The translations under genes were made by a program, and so were the position numbers. Of a stretch of 64,000 bases of DNA, positions 9,903-19,167 are shown piece by piece. The stretch is from Desulfobacterales bacterium (GTDB taxonomy: Bacteria; Desulfobacterota; Desulfobacteria; Desulfobacterales; UBA5616), in contig JAWODC010000018.1 of assembly GCA_046483495.1 (NCBI GenBank), forward strand, positions 35,846 to 99,845, written 5' to 3'. The notes below the pieces were generated by a model. The model was not told the DNA's origin. It worked only from the letters and a program-made list of their open reading frames with translations, and made no database searches. Each line of letters begins with the position of its first letter. Positions within the stretch are counted from its first letter, which is position 1.

Positions 9903-10670
9903 CTATTCACCCGATGGGGGCTGTTTGCCGAACCATTTTCTGTAAATGTCCGCATAGGTTCCATCGGCTTTCATGGCCGACAGGGCCCGATTGATCGGTT
10001 CACGCCAGGGACTGCCTTCCAGCAGGGCGATGCCGTATTGTTGTCCCTGGTAAAGCGGTCCAACGGTCTTGACACGGCCTTTGCCTTTGGTGTTGGCAAA
10101 ATACGAGACATTGGGCGCATCATAAAAGACCGCATCCACGGCACCGGACAAAAGCGCCATATACATATCGGCACTCCCCGGATAGGGGACGATATGTGCC
10201 GACCCGTTCGGAAAGTGCTGCTGCAGAAAGTTATAGCTGGTGCTGCCGATTTTGGTTGCCACTGTTTTTCCGGCGAGATCTTCCAATTTCCCGATTTCAG
10301 ATCCGATGGGGGTGAGGATGCGAAGACCCGAATCGTAATATGGATCGGAGAAGTCGACAATCCGGTCACGATCGGAAGTGATCGTGATTCCTGCAATCGC
10401 CAAATCCACGTTTCCCGTCTGCAGGGCCGGAATAATGCCATTGAAATCCATGGTGTGCAGATCGTACCGAAATCCCGCCCGCCCGGCCGTTTCAGCCAGA
10501 ATGTCCATATCGAACCCCACCATTTTGCCGCTTTGGCGATCCATCATCTCGAAGGGGACGAATGACGGATCGGTCACCGCCCGAAGCACCGGCTGCTCTT
10601 GGGCTCCTTCCCCATTCGGCGCGATGAGGACCGCCGCCGGCAATATAAGAAACATGATGATCCTTCGCAT
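9903..10670 (-). CDS. Polar amino acid ABC transporter substrate-binding protein (GlnH-like)
   Basis: It has a signal peptide from MRRII (RBS GGAG), DPSFVPFE, GFDMD, GIIPALQTG, ITITSDR and DFSDPYYDSGL. Glutamine specificity is inferred only from resemblance. Confidence 0.9.
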   Translation of the reverse strand: MRRIIMFLILPAAVLIAPNGEGAQEQPVLRAVTDPSFVPFEMMDRQSGKMVGFDMDILAETAGRAGFRYDLHTMDFNGIIPALQTGNVDLAIAGITITSDRDRIVDFSDPYYDSGLRILTPIGSEIGKLEDLAGKTVATKIGSTSYNFLQQHFPNGSAHIVPYPGSADMYMALLSGAVDAVFYDAPNVSYFANTKGKGRVKTVGPLYQGQQYGIALLEGSPWREPINRALSAMKADGTYADIYRKWFGKQPPSGE

Positions 10671-10978
10671 TTTAATCTCCTGTTTCATGAATATGAACGT
10701 TGGCCGGCGCATTTCCGGACGGCCACAGGCAGGATAAAGCGGCTTTGTATTGTGTGTCAAGCCTGGAAAAACGAGAAAAGAATGCGTGCAGGCCGAAAAT
10801 CCGGCTGCTGCAGGTGAAGGGAGTGCTTGGCATCACTTATAGCGATACGGCCAGGGACGCCGCCGTGATAAAATCCAGGGGCGACGTCCCGATTCATTTA
10901 CGGCCTGATACGGCATGAAGAAATCAAGGTTTTTTACAGGCCTTCAGCTGTTTTTTTGTTTTTCCCGGAGTTCTCGGA

Positions 10979-11362
10979 TCACTGTTCATCCGCCGGACCC
11001 GATGCCTCCTGAACCGATTGCATCAATTGGTTGCTTTCTTCTTCGGATGTTTCGACGATTGTATCGATGCTTTCTTTGCCCGATTCATTTATTTCTTCAG
11101 CTTCGGCCTTTACTCCTTCGGACATTTCAGTCGATTGATCGATGGTGGTCTCAACGATACTCTGGTCGGAAGAAGATTGATTTTCAGGCATTTCTGCTTC
11201 AGGAACAGGCACCGATTCTTCGGCATCCGGAGCCTCTGTTTCCTCGATCATTTCGGATGAACTTTGCACCCCCTCATCGACAACAGGCTGTTCTTCCGTT
11301 TGACATGCCATGGGGAAAAGCATAAGCGTAATTGCCGCACACAAAATGACGAATCGTTTCAT
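10979..11362 (-). CDS. Hypothetical acidic, low-complexity lipoprotein
   Basis: RBS AAGGAGG is present. The signal peptide ends in PMAC (lipobox-like) and the body is Glu/Ser-rich. Confidence 0.7.
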   Translation of the reverse strand: MKRFVILCAAITLMLFPMACQTEEQPVVDEGVQSSSEMIEETEAPDAEESVPVPEAEMPENQSSSDQSIVETTIDQSTEMSEGVKAEAEEINESGKESIDTIVETSEEESNQLMQSVQEASGPADEQ

Positions 11363-11488
11363 AACAGCCCTCCTTTTTTAGGGTAATAACCTCTTCCAAC
11401 CATTTGGAAAAGTAATCGAAAAAGTGATGGGTAGACAAAAACATCTACAAGCTATCTCAAAATAATCTTTTGCCCCGATATCTTCGTT

Positions 11489-11548
11489 GGAACCGAATGT
11501 TACGTCCTCAACATACATGAGTATGCCTGCGGCTTAACATTCGGTTCC
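11489..11548. repeat. Intergenic inverted repeat (14-bp perfect arms with an inner hairpin)
   Basis: GGAACCGAATGTTA (11489-11502) pairs with TAACATTCGGTTCC (11535-11548). The inner hairpin is CATAC-ATGA-GTATG. Confidence 0.7.
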
Positions 11549-11939
11549 GCCTTGATCTTGAACCAAAATATTTATTTTGAGATAGCTTGTACTCAACGGC
11601 GTTCAATCTGCCGTAGAGAAGATCGTCTGTTTTATTCTCATTCATTATTACAAGCAGTAATTAATGTCAACTGGGGGAAAAAATTACATTTTCAAAGGGG
11701 ATTTTTCATACAATTACTATGCTCCTCAGGAGGTTGATAGGTGTTTCCTTTTTTTGTCATCAGTGATAGGGTCATGTGCATATTTTTACATGTTGACTTG
11801 CCTGAGGATGACGATTATACATTCTGCCCGTTTTGTCGGTTTTTGGTGTTCGAGCCCTCTTCCCAATGTGCCTCAAGATGAGGTTTTCGAGTGGATATAT
11901 CAAATGTCGAGTCAGGCATGGAAAGGAGAATCAGCGTAA

Positions 11940-13487
11940 ATGGCCGTCGAACATGTACCGATTATCGTCGGCGTCGGGGAGGTCTGCGACCGGGTCCCCG
12001 AAGACCTTGCGAAGGCTCGGTCCCCGGTCGATTTGGCTGCTGAAGCGGTCGGCCGGGCGCTGACCGATACGGGAAAAAAGGGGCTGTTCACGAAGTGGAT
12101 CGATGCCGTTGCGGCGGTTCGAACGTTTTCCGATTCCTCTCCGAATTATGAAAACCCGTTCGAGCGCGTCAAAAACAGGCCGCGGGCCGTTGCTCGAAAG
12201 GTGGGCATCGACCCGGCTTATGCGCGATATGAAACATCCGGGGGACAGTCGCCCCAGAAACTGGTGAACGAATTCGGCGGCCGTCTGGCCAACGGAGAAT
12301 TCAAGGCGGTGCTGCTCTTCGGCGGAGAGGCCATTGCCACGGTTAAGAGGGCGATGCGCAACGGTGCGAAACTGCATTGGCATGATAATACGGATGGTCA
12401 GCTGGAGGATTCCGGGTGGATGGTTCCCGGGATTTTGACCATGCAGGAGGTGGAAAACGATTTTTTTCTGCCCGGCACCATCTACGCCCTGCTGGAGAAT
12501 GCCAGAAGAAAAAGATTGGATAAGTCTCTGGAAGAATACGCCGTTTTGATGGGAGAATTGCTGGCGCCTTTTTCAAAAACGGCCTGCAGCCATCCGGCGG
12601 CTATGTTCTCCAGAACATGGGACGCCGAGTCCATCGCCCGGCAGGGTCGAGAAAACCCTTACATTTTCTATCCCTACACCAGGGCAATGGTGGCCAAGGA
12701 CGGTGTGAATCAGGCGGCGGCCCTGGTGTTGACGACGGTGGGAAATGCGCGCACGTGGGGAGTCGACGAATCGAAATGGATTTATTTAAACGGGAGCTGC
12801 GATTTGCGGGAACGCACCATTCTCGAGCGACCGGACCTTGGGTCCTCCCCCGCCATGCACCTGGCATACCGTACGGCGCTGGAACGGGCGGGGGTATCGG
12901 CTGAGGATGTGAATGTATTCGATATCTACAGCTGCTTTCCGATTGCCGTATTCAACGCCTGCGAGGCTCTTGGACTGGACATTGATGACCCTCGGGGCCT
13001 GACCGTCACCGGAGGCCTTCCGTTTTTCGGCGGGCCGGGGAACAACTATTCCATGCACGGGATCGTTTCGGTTGTGCGGCGCCTGCGCGATACGGCAAGC
13101 GGCATCGGATTGGTGGGCGCAAACGGCGGATATCTTTCAAAACATTCCGTGGGTGTGTATAGCCGCAGGCCCCTTAGAAACGGATGGATCGGGCGTGATG
13201 ACGGCGCTCTTCAAAGAGGGCTGGACAAGGTCCCCGCACCGAAAATCGATACGGCGCCGGAGGGAAAGGCGATTATCGAAAGCTTCAGCGTGACCTATGA
13301 AGGGGGAAAGCCCGGCCGGGCACATGTAGTAGGCCGTTCATGCGATACCAATGCCCGTTTTCTGGCGGTGACGGATGCGTCCGATAAGGACATTCCATGG
13401 AAAATGGTCGAGGAGGATGTTCTCGACAGGACGATTTTCGTGACTTCAAAAGGCCGCGGCAATCGGTTTGCATTCCGGAATGGCTGA
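11940..13487 (+). CDS. Thiolase-like protein (acetyl-CoA acetyltransferase superfamily) with extra C-terminal domain
   Basis: It has PIIVGVG, GGQSPQ, VNQAAALVL, DIYSCFP and TGGLPFFGGPGNNYSMH. RBS AAGGAG is present. Confidence 0.85.
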   Translation: MAVEHVPIIVGVGEVCDRVPEDLAKARSPVDLAAEAVGRALTDTGKKGLFTKWIDAVAAVRTFSDSSPNYENPFERVKNRPRAVARKVGIDPAYARYETSGGQSPQKLVNEFGGRLANGEFKAVLLFGGEAIATVKRAMRNGAKLHWHDNTDGQLEDSGWMVPGILTMQEVENDFFLPGTIYALLENARRKRLDKSLEEYAVLMGELLAPFSKTACSHPAAMFSRTWDAESIARQGRENPYIFYPYTRAMVAKDGVNQAAALVLTTVGNARTWGVDESKWIYLNGSCDLRERTILERPDLGSSPAMHLAYRTALERAGVSAEDVNVFDIYSCFPIAVFNACEALGLDIDDPRGLTVTGGLPFFGGPGNNYSMHGIVSVVRRLRDTASGIGLVGANGGYLSKHSVGVYSRRPLRNGWIGRDDGALQRGLDKVPAPKIDTAPEGKAIIESFSVTYEGGKPGRAHVVGRSCDTNARFLAVTDASDKDIPWKMVEEDVLDRTIFVTSKGRGNRFAFRNG

Positions 13488-13637
13488 TTCACTCGAATCC
13501 GGACAGCTTAAGCCTCAAAATTTCTATTGTTTGCATTTCCCCTTGGGCGAGAACCGGACCGAACTGACGCTTTTTAAGATATATCATATTTGAACTCGTA
13601 ACATTATGTGAAGCCAAAAATAAAAAAGGAGCCGCAC

Positions 13638-14312
13638 ATGAAAATTATCGCCATCAACGGCAGCCCTCATGGTGAGTGGGGAAGCTGCTCTTATTTAATT
13701 AAAAACATGTTTTCGGAATGTGAAAAACGGGGTGCCGAAACGGAAGTCATCCGGCTGATCAAGCACAAGATCAACTGGTGTTTAGGGTGCGGGAAATGCA
13801 TGAGTGAAGGGGTTTGCCCCCAGAAAGACGACGTGAGCGAAATACAGGATAAAATGAAGACCGCCGACGGCATCGTATTCGCCAGCCCGGTATATGTTCT
13901 CCACGTTACCGGTCTTCTGAAAAATTTTATCGACCGCTGCCTTCCCATGGGCCACAGGCCTTGCCTTCACGGCAAATATGCGGCGGCCGTTTCGGCCTAC
14001 GCCGGCATCGGCGACATCGATGCGGTTGCCGATTACATGCTCGATTTTTTATCCGGCCAGGGAGCCTATCCGGTGGGGAAAGTCTGCGCCTATACGCTGA
14101 ACATCAAAGTCAGTGAAGCGGACCAGGAAAATGCCCGGCAGCTGGGGCGGGATCTCGTGGAAGCCATCCAGCAGAAAAAGGAATTCAACTGGGAAAAGCA
14201 GCGATTGGAATCCAAAACATTCAAGGATCTGGAAAACTTCATTACCGAGCGAAAAGATTTCGCCAAGGAGGACTACAAGTATTGGAAAGAAAAGGGGTGG
14301 ACGAAAAAATAA
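13638..14312 (+). CDS. Iron-sulfur flavoprotein / flavodoxin-family FMN reductase
   Basis: It has MKIIAINGSP, CLGCGKC....C..KDD, ADGIVFASPVY and KNFIDR. RBS AAGGAG is present. Confidence 0.9.
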   Translation: MKIIAINGSPHGEWGSCSYLIKNMFSECEKRGAETEVIRLIKHKINWCLGCGKCMSEGVCPQKDDVSEIQDKMKTADGIVFASPVYVLHVTGLLKNFIDRCLPMGHRPCLHGKYAAAVSAYAGIGDIDAVADYMLDFLSGQGAYPVGKVCAYTLNIKVSEADQENARQLGRDLVEAIQQKKEFNWEKQRLESKTFKDLENFITERKDFAKEDYKYWKEKGWTKK

Positions 14313-14314
14313 AT

Positions 14315-14407
14315 CATCGTGAACACATGTCAGGCCATCGAGGATACGTGAGCATGCCCGTTGTCGTTGGAACAACTGCGGAGTCGGCTTGACATGTGAC
14401 CACGATG
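14315..14407. repeat. Long imperfect inverted repeat filling the gap between convergent genes
   Basis: CATCGTGAACACATGTCAGGCC (14315-14336) matches the reverse complement of 14386-14407, CATCGTGGTCACATGTCAAGCC, at 19 of 22 positions. Confidence 0.65.
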
Positions 14408-14417
14408 CGACCTTATA

Positions 14418-15386
14418 TCATCCCCCTGCTTCTTTTTCGAGTTCATCGAATTTTTCAGGGTCGGAAACAGCGATGTCTACAAGGCTTTTGGGAATTGAAC
14501 TTTGCTCGCACATAACCCGGATCTCCTTCTCGACATCGCTGAATTCCAGGATCTCGCGAATGGCATATATGTGATCGAGCATTTCATCCGGCGGAATATC
14601 TTCCAGGGCGGGCCCTTCCGCCTCCTTCTTTTTTCGGGCGGCTTCCTCTTCAGCCAGCCGCTGCTTTTCCTTCATTTCCTCTTCCATGGCCTTTTTGGCG
14701 CCGTCGATTGTGCCCTTATCGACGTTTGCCATTTCAATGATCAGTTCTTCAGACACATCATTTTTAAACAGGTGGACAACCTTTTCTTCGCCGGATTTGT
14801 CCTTTACAGCTTCGAGCAGTGTTGCTACCCGTGCCCGCTCTGCCTGCTCATTTTGAATCCGGGCTTTCACCTGGTCATATGCTTCACTGGTGATACCCAA
14901 CTTGGAGATGATTATTTCGGGAGCTATTTTTTCCTCGATGAGCAGCCGGACCCCCTTGTCGTCCGGCAGTTCTTTTGCCTTGGCAACGAGCAGGTCGAGC
15001 CTTCTCTCCTCGACCATTCGAATCACTTCCGGTCTTCGTTGGGACTCCTTCAGCTTCGGCCACGTCTTTCCGATTTCGTTTATAATATTGTCAACGGCAA
15101 GGTAAGGATTAGACGCGTCTTCCAACGTCAGCGCCGCTGTTGCATCGTTTAGATCTTTCATCAGGGGCCTGCCGACTTCGAGCATATCACCCATTGCCCA
15201 TCTCAGTTGGAGCAGATTACCCCCATGCCGCGAAACATTGTATCCCTCATCGTCAAGTTCGCGCGCAATCCGTTGAATTTCAGATTCCAGTTTTTCCCCT
15301 GAAAGGCTTTTCGCATCGAGATCATAAAGTTTTTCCTCGATTGACAACCACAGCGGCTTTTTTTTCGTTTCTTCTTTTGTCGTCAT
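14418..15386 (-). CDS. Hypothetical protein, helical and charge-rich
   Basis: This is a 322-aa ORF with RBS GAGGAG and natural-looking composition. I recognise no motif. Confidence 0.75.
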   Translation of the reverse strand: MTTKEETKKKPLWLSIEEKLYDLDAKSLSGEKLESEIQRIARELDDEGYNVSRHGGNLLQLRWAMGDMLEVGRPLMKDLNDATAALTLEDASNPYLAVDNIINEIGKTWPKLKESQRRPEVIRMVEERRLDLLVAKAKELPDDKGVRLLIEEKIAPEIIISKLGITSEAYDQVKARIQNEQAERARVATLLEAVKDKSGEEKVVHLFKNDVSEELIIEMANVDKGTIDGAKKAMEEEMKEKQRLAEEEAARKKKEAEGPALEDIPPDEMLDHIYAIREILEFSDVEKEIRVMCEQSSIPKSLVDIAVSDPEKFDELEKEAGG

Positions 15387-15783
15387 TGGCCAATCTCCTC
15401 TTCGTAGTTGATGTGGTTAGTGCACCTGCCGAACCTCTCTCATGCAATATACAGATTTTCATCTTGAAAAATGAGTGCCCTGTTTGGGGCATTATATTGC
15501 GCATGCTCTTTCTTAAAAATCAAGTCGATAAGAAATCATAAACATATAGACAAATAAGAACGTTATGTCAAATATTGAGTGGTTAAGATTAAGAACCTCG
15601 ATATGGCCATGGTGTTTATAAATTCAGCCATTGGATCGGCCGGCACTGAATCATTCCCAATTCGAAATGGCTGCATCCCTTTTTTTCATTTTCTAAAATA
15701 CCTTCGGGGCGTTATTCGAAATAAGCGGCAACAGCCGGAAACCATCCGTCTTGCACCTCGATCATCACCGGAACACAAATCGA

Positions 15784-17013
15784 TCAGGCAATTACTTCGA
15801 CACCGAACGGAAATTTAGAAAAAATTTCGCAGGAATTTTCGTCGATCATAATCGGATTTTCATACCTGAAACCGATATTCTCCTCCGGGCAGGCGTACTG
15901 TAGGGCGCAGATCAGCATTTCACCGGCCTTGTAAACGTGATCCGGCGATGTCCAGTACGGCAGCGGCCCTTCGTTAAGGCCGATGCGCCACTCGTCCCCC
16001 ATGACGCCGATGCCGTGTTCGCACCCGGGCAGCATCCATCGATCGAAGCCCCTGTCCCGTGCAAGGGCTGTCACTTCCGCGAGTATTTTACCGGGGTTTG
16101 TGCCTGCTTTGTAATTGGCCAGGCACAGGTTGACGGCATCGATGAAATTTTGGGCATGCCACAATTGGCGGTCATCGGCACTGCCGATGAAATAATTGTG
16201 GGAATGGTCCCCGAGGCCGAGTCGGTACATGGCATGAAGGTCCACCATCAAAGGTTCGCCTTCCTCGACTGTCCTGCGGGTGGCCGGCGTGCAGGCACCC
16301 ATGGCGTATCCGGTGCGGTACCCGGCGGCGATTTCGTTTCCCCCGGTAAACGACCACTCCCATTCGCTGCCTTCTTTTCGCATGGCAAGGGCTGCGATAC
16401 CGGCGACTTCCGTCTCGGTGGCGCCCTTCCAGCCGCCGTTTGAAAGTGCATCGTAAACCGCCCGGTGCCCCGCATCCACAATGCGCGATGCCTCCCGAAA
16501 ACGTGCGATGGTGCCGGCGTCCTTGATCAGTGAGAGTTCATCGATAAGGTGGTGGGCATTGACAAGTTCATGGCCGTCCAAGGCCTTTTGGAACCGTTCG
16601 AACTCATAATGGGTGAGATTGCCCTCGGCCAGGTAGTTGGACATGCCGCTTTCAATGCCGATGCGCTTTTTCCCGGAATTAAAACTGTTTCGGATGAACC
16701 CGGCCACTGCGGATATCTGGTCCATGCCTTCCAAATGGGCGTATCCGAGGACATGGTCCGCATCCAGCCAAGAATCGTCGGCAACCCGCGCCTGGTCGAT
16801 CATAAAGGTGAAGACCGTCGGCAGTCCCCGGGCGGGGATTACGACGAAACTTCGCCACGGGCAGAATGCATCGGTGGTCCAGGAAAGCGTTCTCAACCGG
16901 GAGCCAAGGTAAAGATCGATGCGCTCTTCCGCCATGTGCTGCTGAACGGCGGCTATACGTCCGGGATAATCGACAAAATACGGGTCGTGCGATGGTTTGG
17001 CGATATCGGTCAT
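15784..17013 (-). CDS. M24 (Xaa-Pro aminopeptidase/creatinase) family protein
   Basis: A creatinase-like N-domain is followed by LIKD...IARFREAS and the pita-bread motifs MVDL, GDHSH, HGIG and FRYEN. RBS GGGGAGG precedes 17013. Confidence 0.85.
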   Translation of the reverse strand: MTDIAKPSHDPYFVDYPGRIAAVQQHMAEERIDLYLGSRLRTLSWTTDAFCPWRSFVVIPARGLPTVFTFMIDQARVADDSWLDADHVLGYAHLEGMDQISAVAGFIRNSFNSGKKRIGIESGMSNYLAEGNLTHYEFERFQKALDGHELVNAHHLIDELSLIKDAGTIARFREASRIVDAGHRAVYDALSNGGWKGATETEVAGIAALAMRKEGSEWEWSFTGGNEIAAGYRTGYAMGACTPATRRTVEEGEPLMVDLHAMYRLGLGDHSHNYFIGSADDRQLWHAQNFIDAVNLCLANYKAGTNPGKILAEVTALARDRGFDRWMLPGCEHGIGVMGDEWRIGLNEGPLPYWTSPDHVYKAGEMLICALQYACPEENIGFRYENPIMIDENSCEIFSKFPFGVEVIA

Positions 17014-17088
17014 ATGTGATTCCTCCCCTTGCATTTTTATTGTCATTTGAATATCATATCAAATCGAATTACAAAAGAGGAATACCCC

Positions 17089-17889
17089 ATGTTCCCTAAG
17101 CGCCTTTTAGGAAAAACAGGTCTCGATGTGGGCCCCCTTGGCCTGGCCGCCAGTTACGGTGCCCCGGCCTCGGCCTTTGAAGAAGCCTTCGAAAGAGGAT
17201 GCAACTACTTTTATTGGGGGTCGGGCCGCAAAAAAGCCGGCATGACACGTGCCGTTCAACACCTGTGCAGCAGCGGCCGCAGAGATCGGCTTGTTTTCGC
17301 CCTTCAGACCTACGCCAGGACCGGGTTTTTAGCGGAGCCGGTAATCATGCGACGTCTGAAAAAGCTCACGCTCGACCATGCCGATATACTCGTGCTGGGC
17401 TGGCACAACCGGCCGCCTTCCGAGAAGCTGCTGGAGCGGGTGATCCGAATGAAGGAAAAAGGTCTTTTTCGATTCCTGGCCGTTTCCGGCCACGATCGAT
17501 CACTTTTTCCGAACTTGGACCGAACAGGCATTTTCGATATTTTCCACATCCGGTACAACGCTGCACACCGAGGAGCCGAAGAGGAATGCTTCTCCCATTT
17601 TGCCGGCGGGAAACGGCCGGGAGTCGTCACCTACACGGCCACCCGGCACGGGGTTCTGCTGAACCCGAAAAAGATGCCGCCTGGAGAAGCGCCATTGTCT
17701 GCCGCCGACTGCTACCGTTTCATAATGACCAATCCGAACGTGGATGTCTGTCTGTGCGGACCGAAAGACCGGCGGGAAATGCAGGAAGCTATTTCCGCCC
17801 TTGAACGAGGGCCGCTCTCCCCGGAAGATATGGACCGCGCCAAACGCATCGGAGACCATGTCCATCAAAAAGTAAGGGGCTTTTTCTAA
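17089..17889 (+). CDS. Aldo/keto reductase family protein
   Basis: It has RLLGKTGLDVGPLGL, MKEKGLFRFLAVSGH and YRFIMTNPNVDVCLCGP. Confidence 0.8.
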   Translation: MFPKRLLGKTGLDVGPLGLAASYGAPASAFEEAFERGCNYFYWGSGRKKAGMTRAVQHLCSSGRRDRLVFALQTYARTGFLAEPVIMRRLKKLTLDHADILVLGWHNRPPSEKLLERVIRMKEKGLFRFLAVSGHDRSLFPNLDRTGIFDIFHIRYNAAHRGAEEECFSHFAGGKRPGVVTYTATRHGVLLNPKKMPPGEAPLSAADCYRFIMTNPNVDVCLCGPKDRREMQEAISALERGPLSPEDMDRAKRIGDHVHQKVRGFF

Positions 17890-17926
17890 TCCGCGCGAAC
17901 CCGCTTTCTGCAAGCCCGCCTCCATT

Positions 17927-18072
17927 TAATTTCCATCCATAAATGGCCCTTTCACGCGATTTCTGCGTTGGATGCAAAATCGAAATCCTCAAAATAGCAC
18001 ACGATTCCTGCGGTTTCGATCTTGCGCCCGCCTTGAACTCACGCGAAATTGCCTATCTCTGGATGGAAACTA
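17927..18072. mobile_element. 146-bp MITE/ERIC-like palindromic intergenic element
   Basis: The ends TAATTTCCATCCA (17927-17939) and TGGATGGAAACTA (18060-18072) are inverted with one mismatch, with TA at both termini. Inner imperfect arms are GCAAAATCGAAATC and GGTTTCGATCTTGC. Confidence 0.6.
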
Positions 18073-18131
18073 TTCAGGTGCATTCCCTTCGGACACCCCG
18101 TCCGAGCGCGCCATCGAAAACAATTTACCAA

Positions 18132-18160
18132 TTGACATCAACAGTGTCGAGCTGTAAACA
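18132..18160 (+). promoter_or_regulatory. Putative sigma70 promoter for the MaoC gene, with an overlapping palindrome
   Basis: TTGACA (18132-18137) is 17 nt from TAAACA (18155-18160). TTGACA-N7-TGTCGA forms an imperfect palindrome over the -35 box. Confidence 0.45.
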
Positions 18161-18269
18161 GCCTCATGCAACGGCGAAATCAAAAGGGGGTTGAGATGAG
18201 CGCATTGCTATGTCCGTGCCCGTATAGGCAGGCCTCATGCAACGGCGAAATCAAAAGGGGGTTGAGATG
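18161..18269 (+). repeat. Two identical 38-bp direct repeats separated by 33 bp, each ending in RBS plus ATG
   Basis: GCCTCATGCAACGGCGAAATCAAAAGGGGGTTGAGATG occurs at 18161-18198 and 18232-18269. Confidence 0.95.
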
Positions 18270-18728
18270 GCGTTAAACATGATTCCGATACATGAACTGA
18301 AGAACCATATCGGCGAAAAGATACACCTGTCGGACTGGTTTGAAATTACCCAGGAGCGGGTCGATGCCTTTGGAGAGGCCATCGAGGACCGCCAGTGGAT
18401 CCACTGCGACGTTGAAAGATCCAAGGCGGGCCCCTTTGGCGGCACCATCGTTCACGGTCCGCTCATGCTTTCCCTGCTGGGGCATTTAAGCGGCGGTGTG
18501 GACACGATCCCGGAGGGGATCGAATTTTTCATGGCTTATGGGTATGACAAGGTCCGGTTCCTTGCCCCGGTCCCGGTCGGCTCCCGCGTCCGCAATCGAG
18601 GCGTATTGTCGGATGTTACGGAAAAAGGCGGGGGGCGGTATGTAATGAAGGTGACCAATACTCTCGAGGTGGAAGGGTCGAACAAGCCGGCCATGGTGGC
18701 CGAGGTGCTGGGGTTGGTCGTCACATAG
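18267..18728 (+). CDS. MaoC-family (hot-dog fold) dehydratase
   Basis: It has SDWFEITQERVDAF, DRQWIH.D, GPFGGTIVHG and YGYDKVRFLAPVPVGSRVR. Confidence 0.92.
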   Translation: MALNMIPIHELKNHIGEKIHLSDWFEITQERVDAFGEAIEDRQWIHCDVERSKAGPFGGTIVHGPLMLSLLGHLSGGVDTIPEGIEFFMAYGYDKVRFLAPVPVGSRVRNRGVLSDVTEKGGGRYVMKVTNTLEVEGSNKPAMVAEVLGLVVT

Positions 18729-19060
18729 CCATCTATTTCGCACGCCGCTATTCCCTTTCGGCCGCATTGCATGTCCTCCGCGTTGTGTGAGTATGGCTTC
18801 GGCTTAAAGCGTTTCCACGCCGCGATTCTGAATCAACATTTTGTTTTGAAGTATCATGTATGTTGGTTTTCTTCATCATACACTCCATTCCAATCACGTA
18901 ATCGTGTATATCTAACGATATTTGGTGCCCGATCGTTCAGGGACTAACGGTTCGGTATTCTTTTTGTTTTATCGATAACGATAGAGATGGAAACGCAACC
19001 TTCGGCTTTTAGGACAATGGAAGTTGACATATAAACCCATTGACCCATAAAATTCAGTAA

Positions 19061-19076
19061 TGGCATACAAATTGCT
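19061..19076 (+). promoter_or_regulatory. Putative sigma54 (-24/-12) promoter
   Basis: TGGCATACAAATTGCT matches TGGCAY-N5-TTGCW with exact GG-N10-GC spacing. It lies about 90 nt upstream of the acyl-CoA synthetase start. Confidence 0.7.
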
Positions 19077-19167
19077 ATTTTCTCGAGAAAATCCATTAAC
19101 CGGTTTTCACAAATCACCTTTAAACGAGGAACGCGATCCCGACACCGATCCCGACACAGGATTAACC

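Noticed and set aside
10854..10890. Hairpin GGGACGCCGCC...GGCGACGTCCC as a REP substrate of the RAYT element
   Set aside because: It shares only GGGACG with the element ends and is a single copy. It is more simply a 3' hairpin of the upstream lipoprotein gene.
18161..18269. Mini CRISPR array (38-bp repeat, 33-bp spacer)
   Set aside because: There are only two copies and no cas genes in the window, and the repeat contains the RBS and start codon of maoC. It is kept as a direct repeat.
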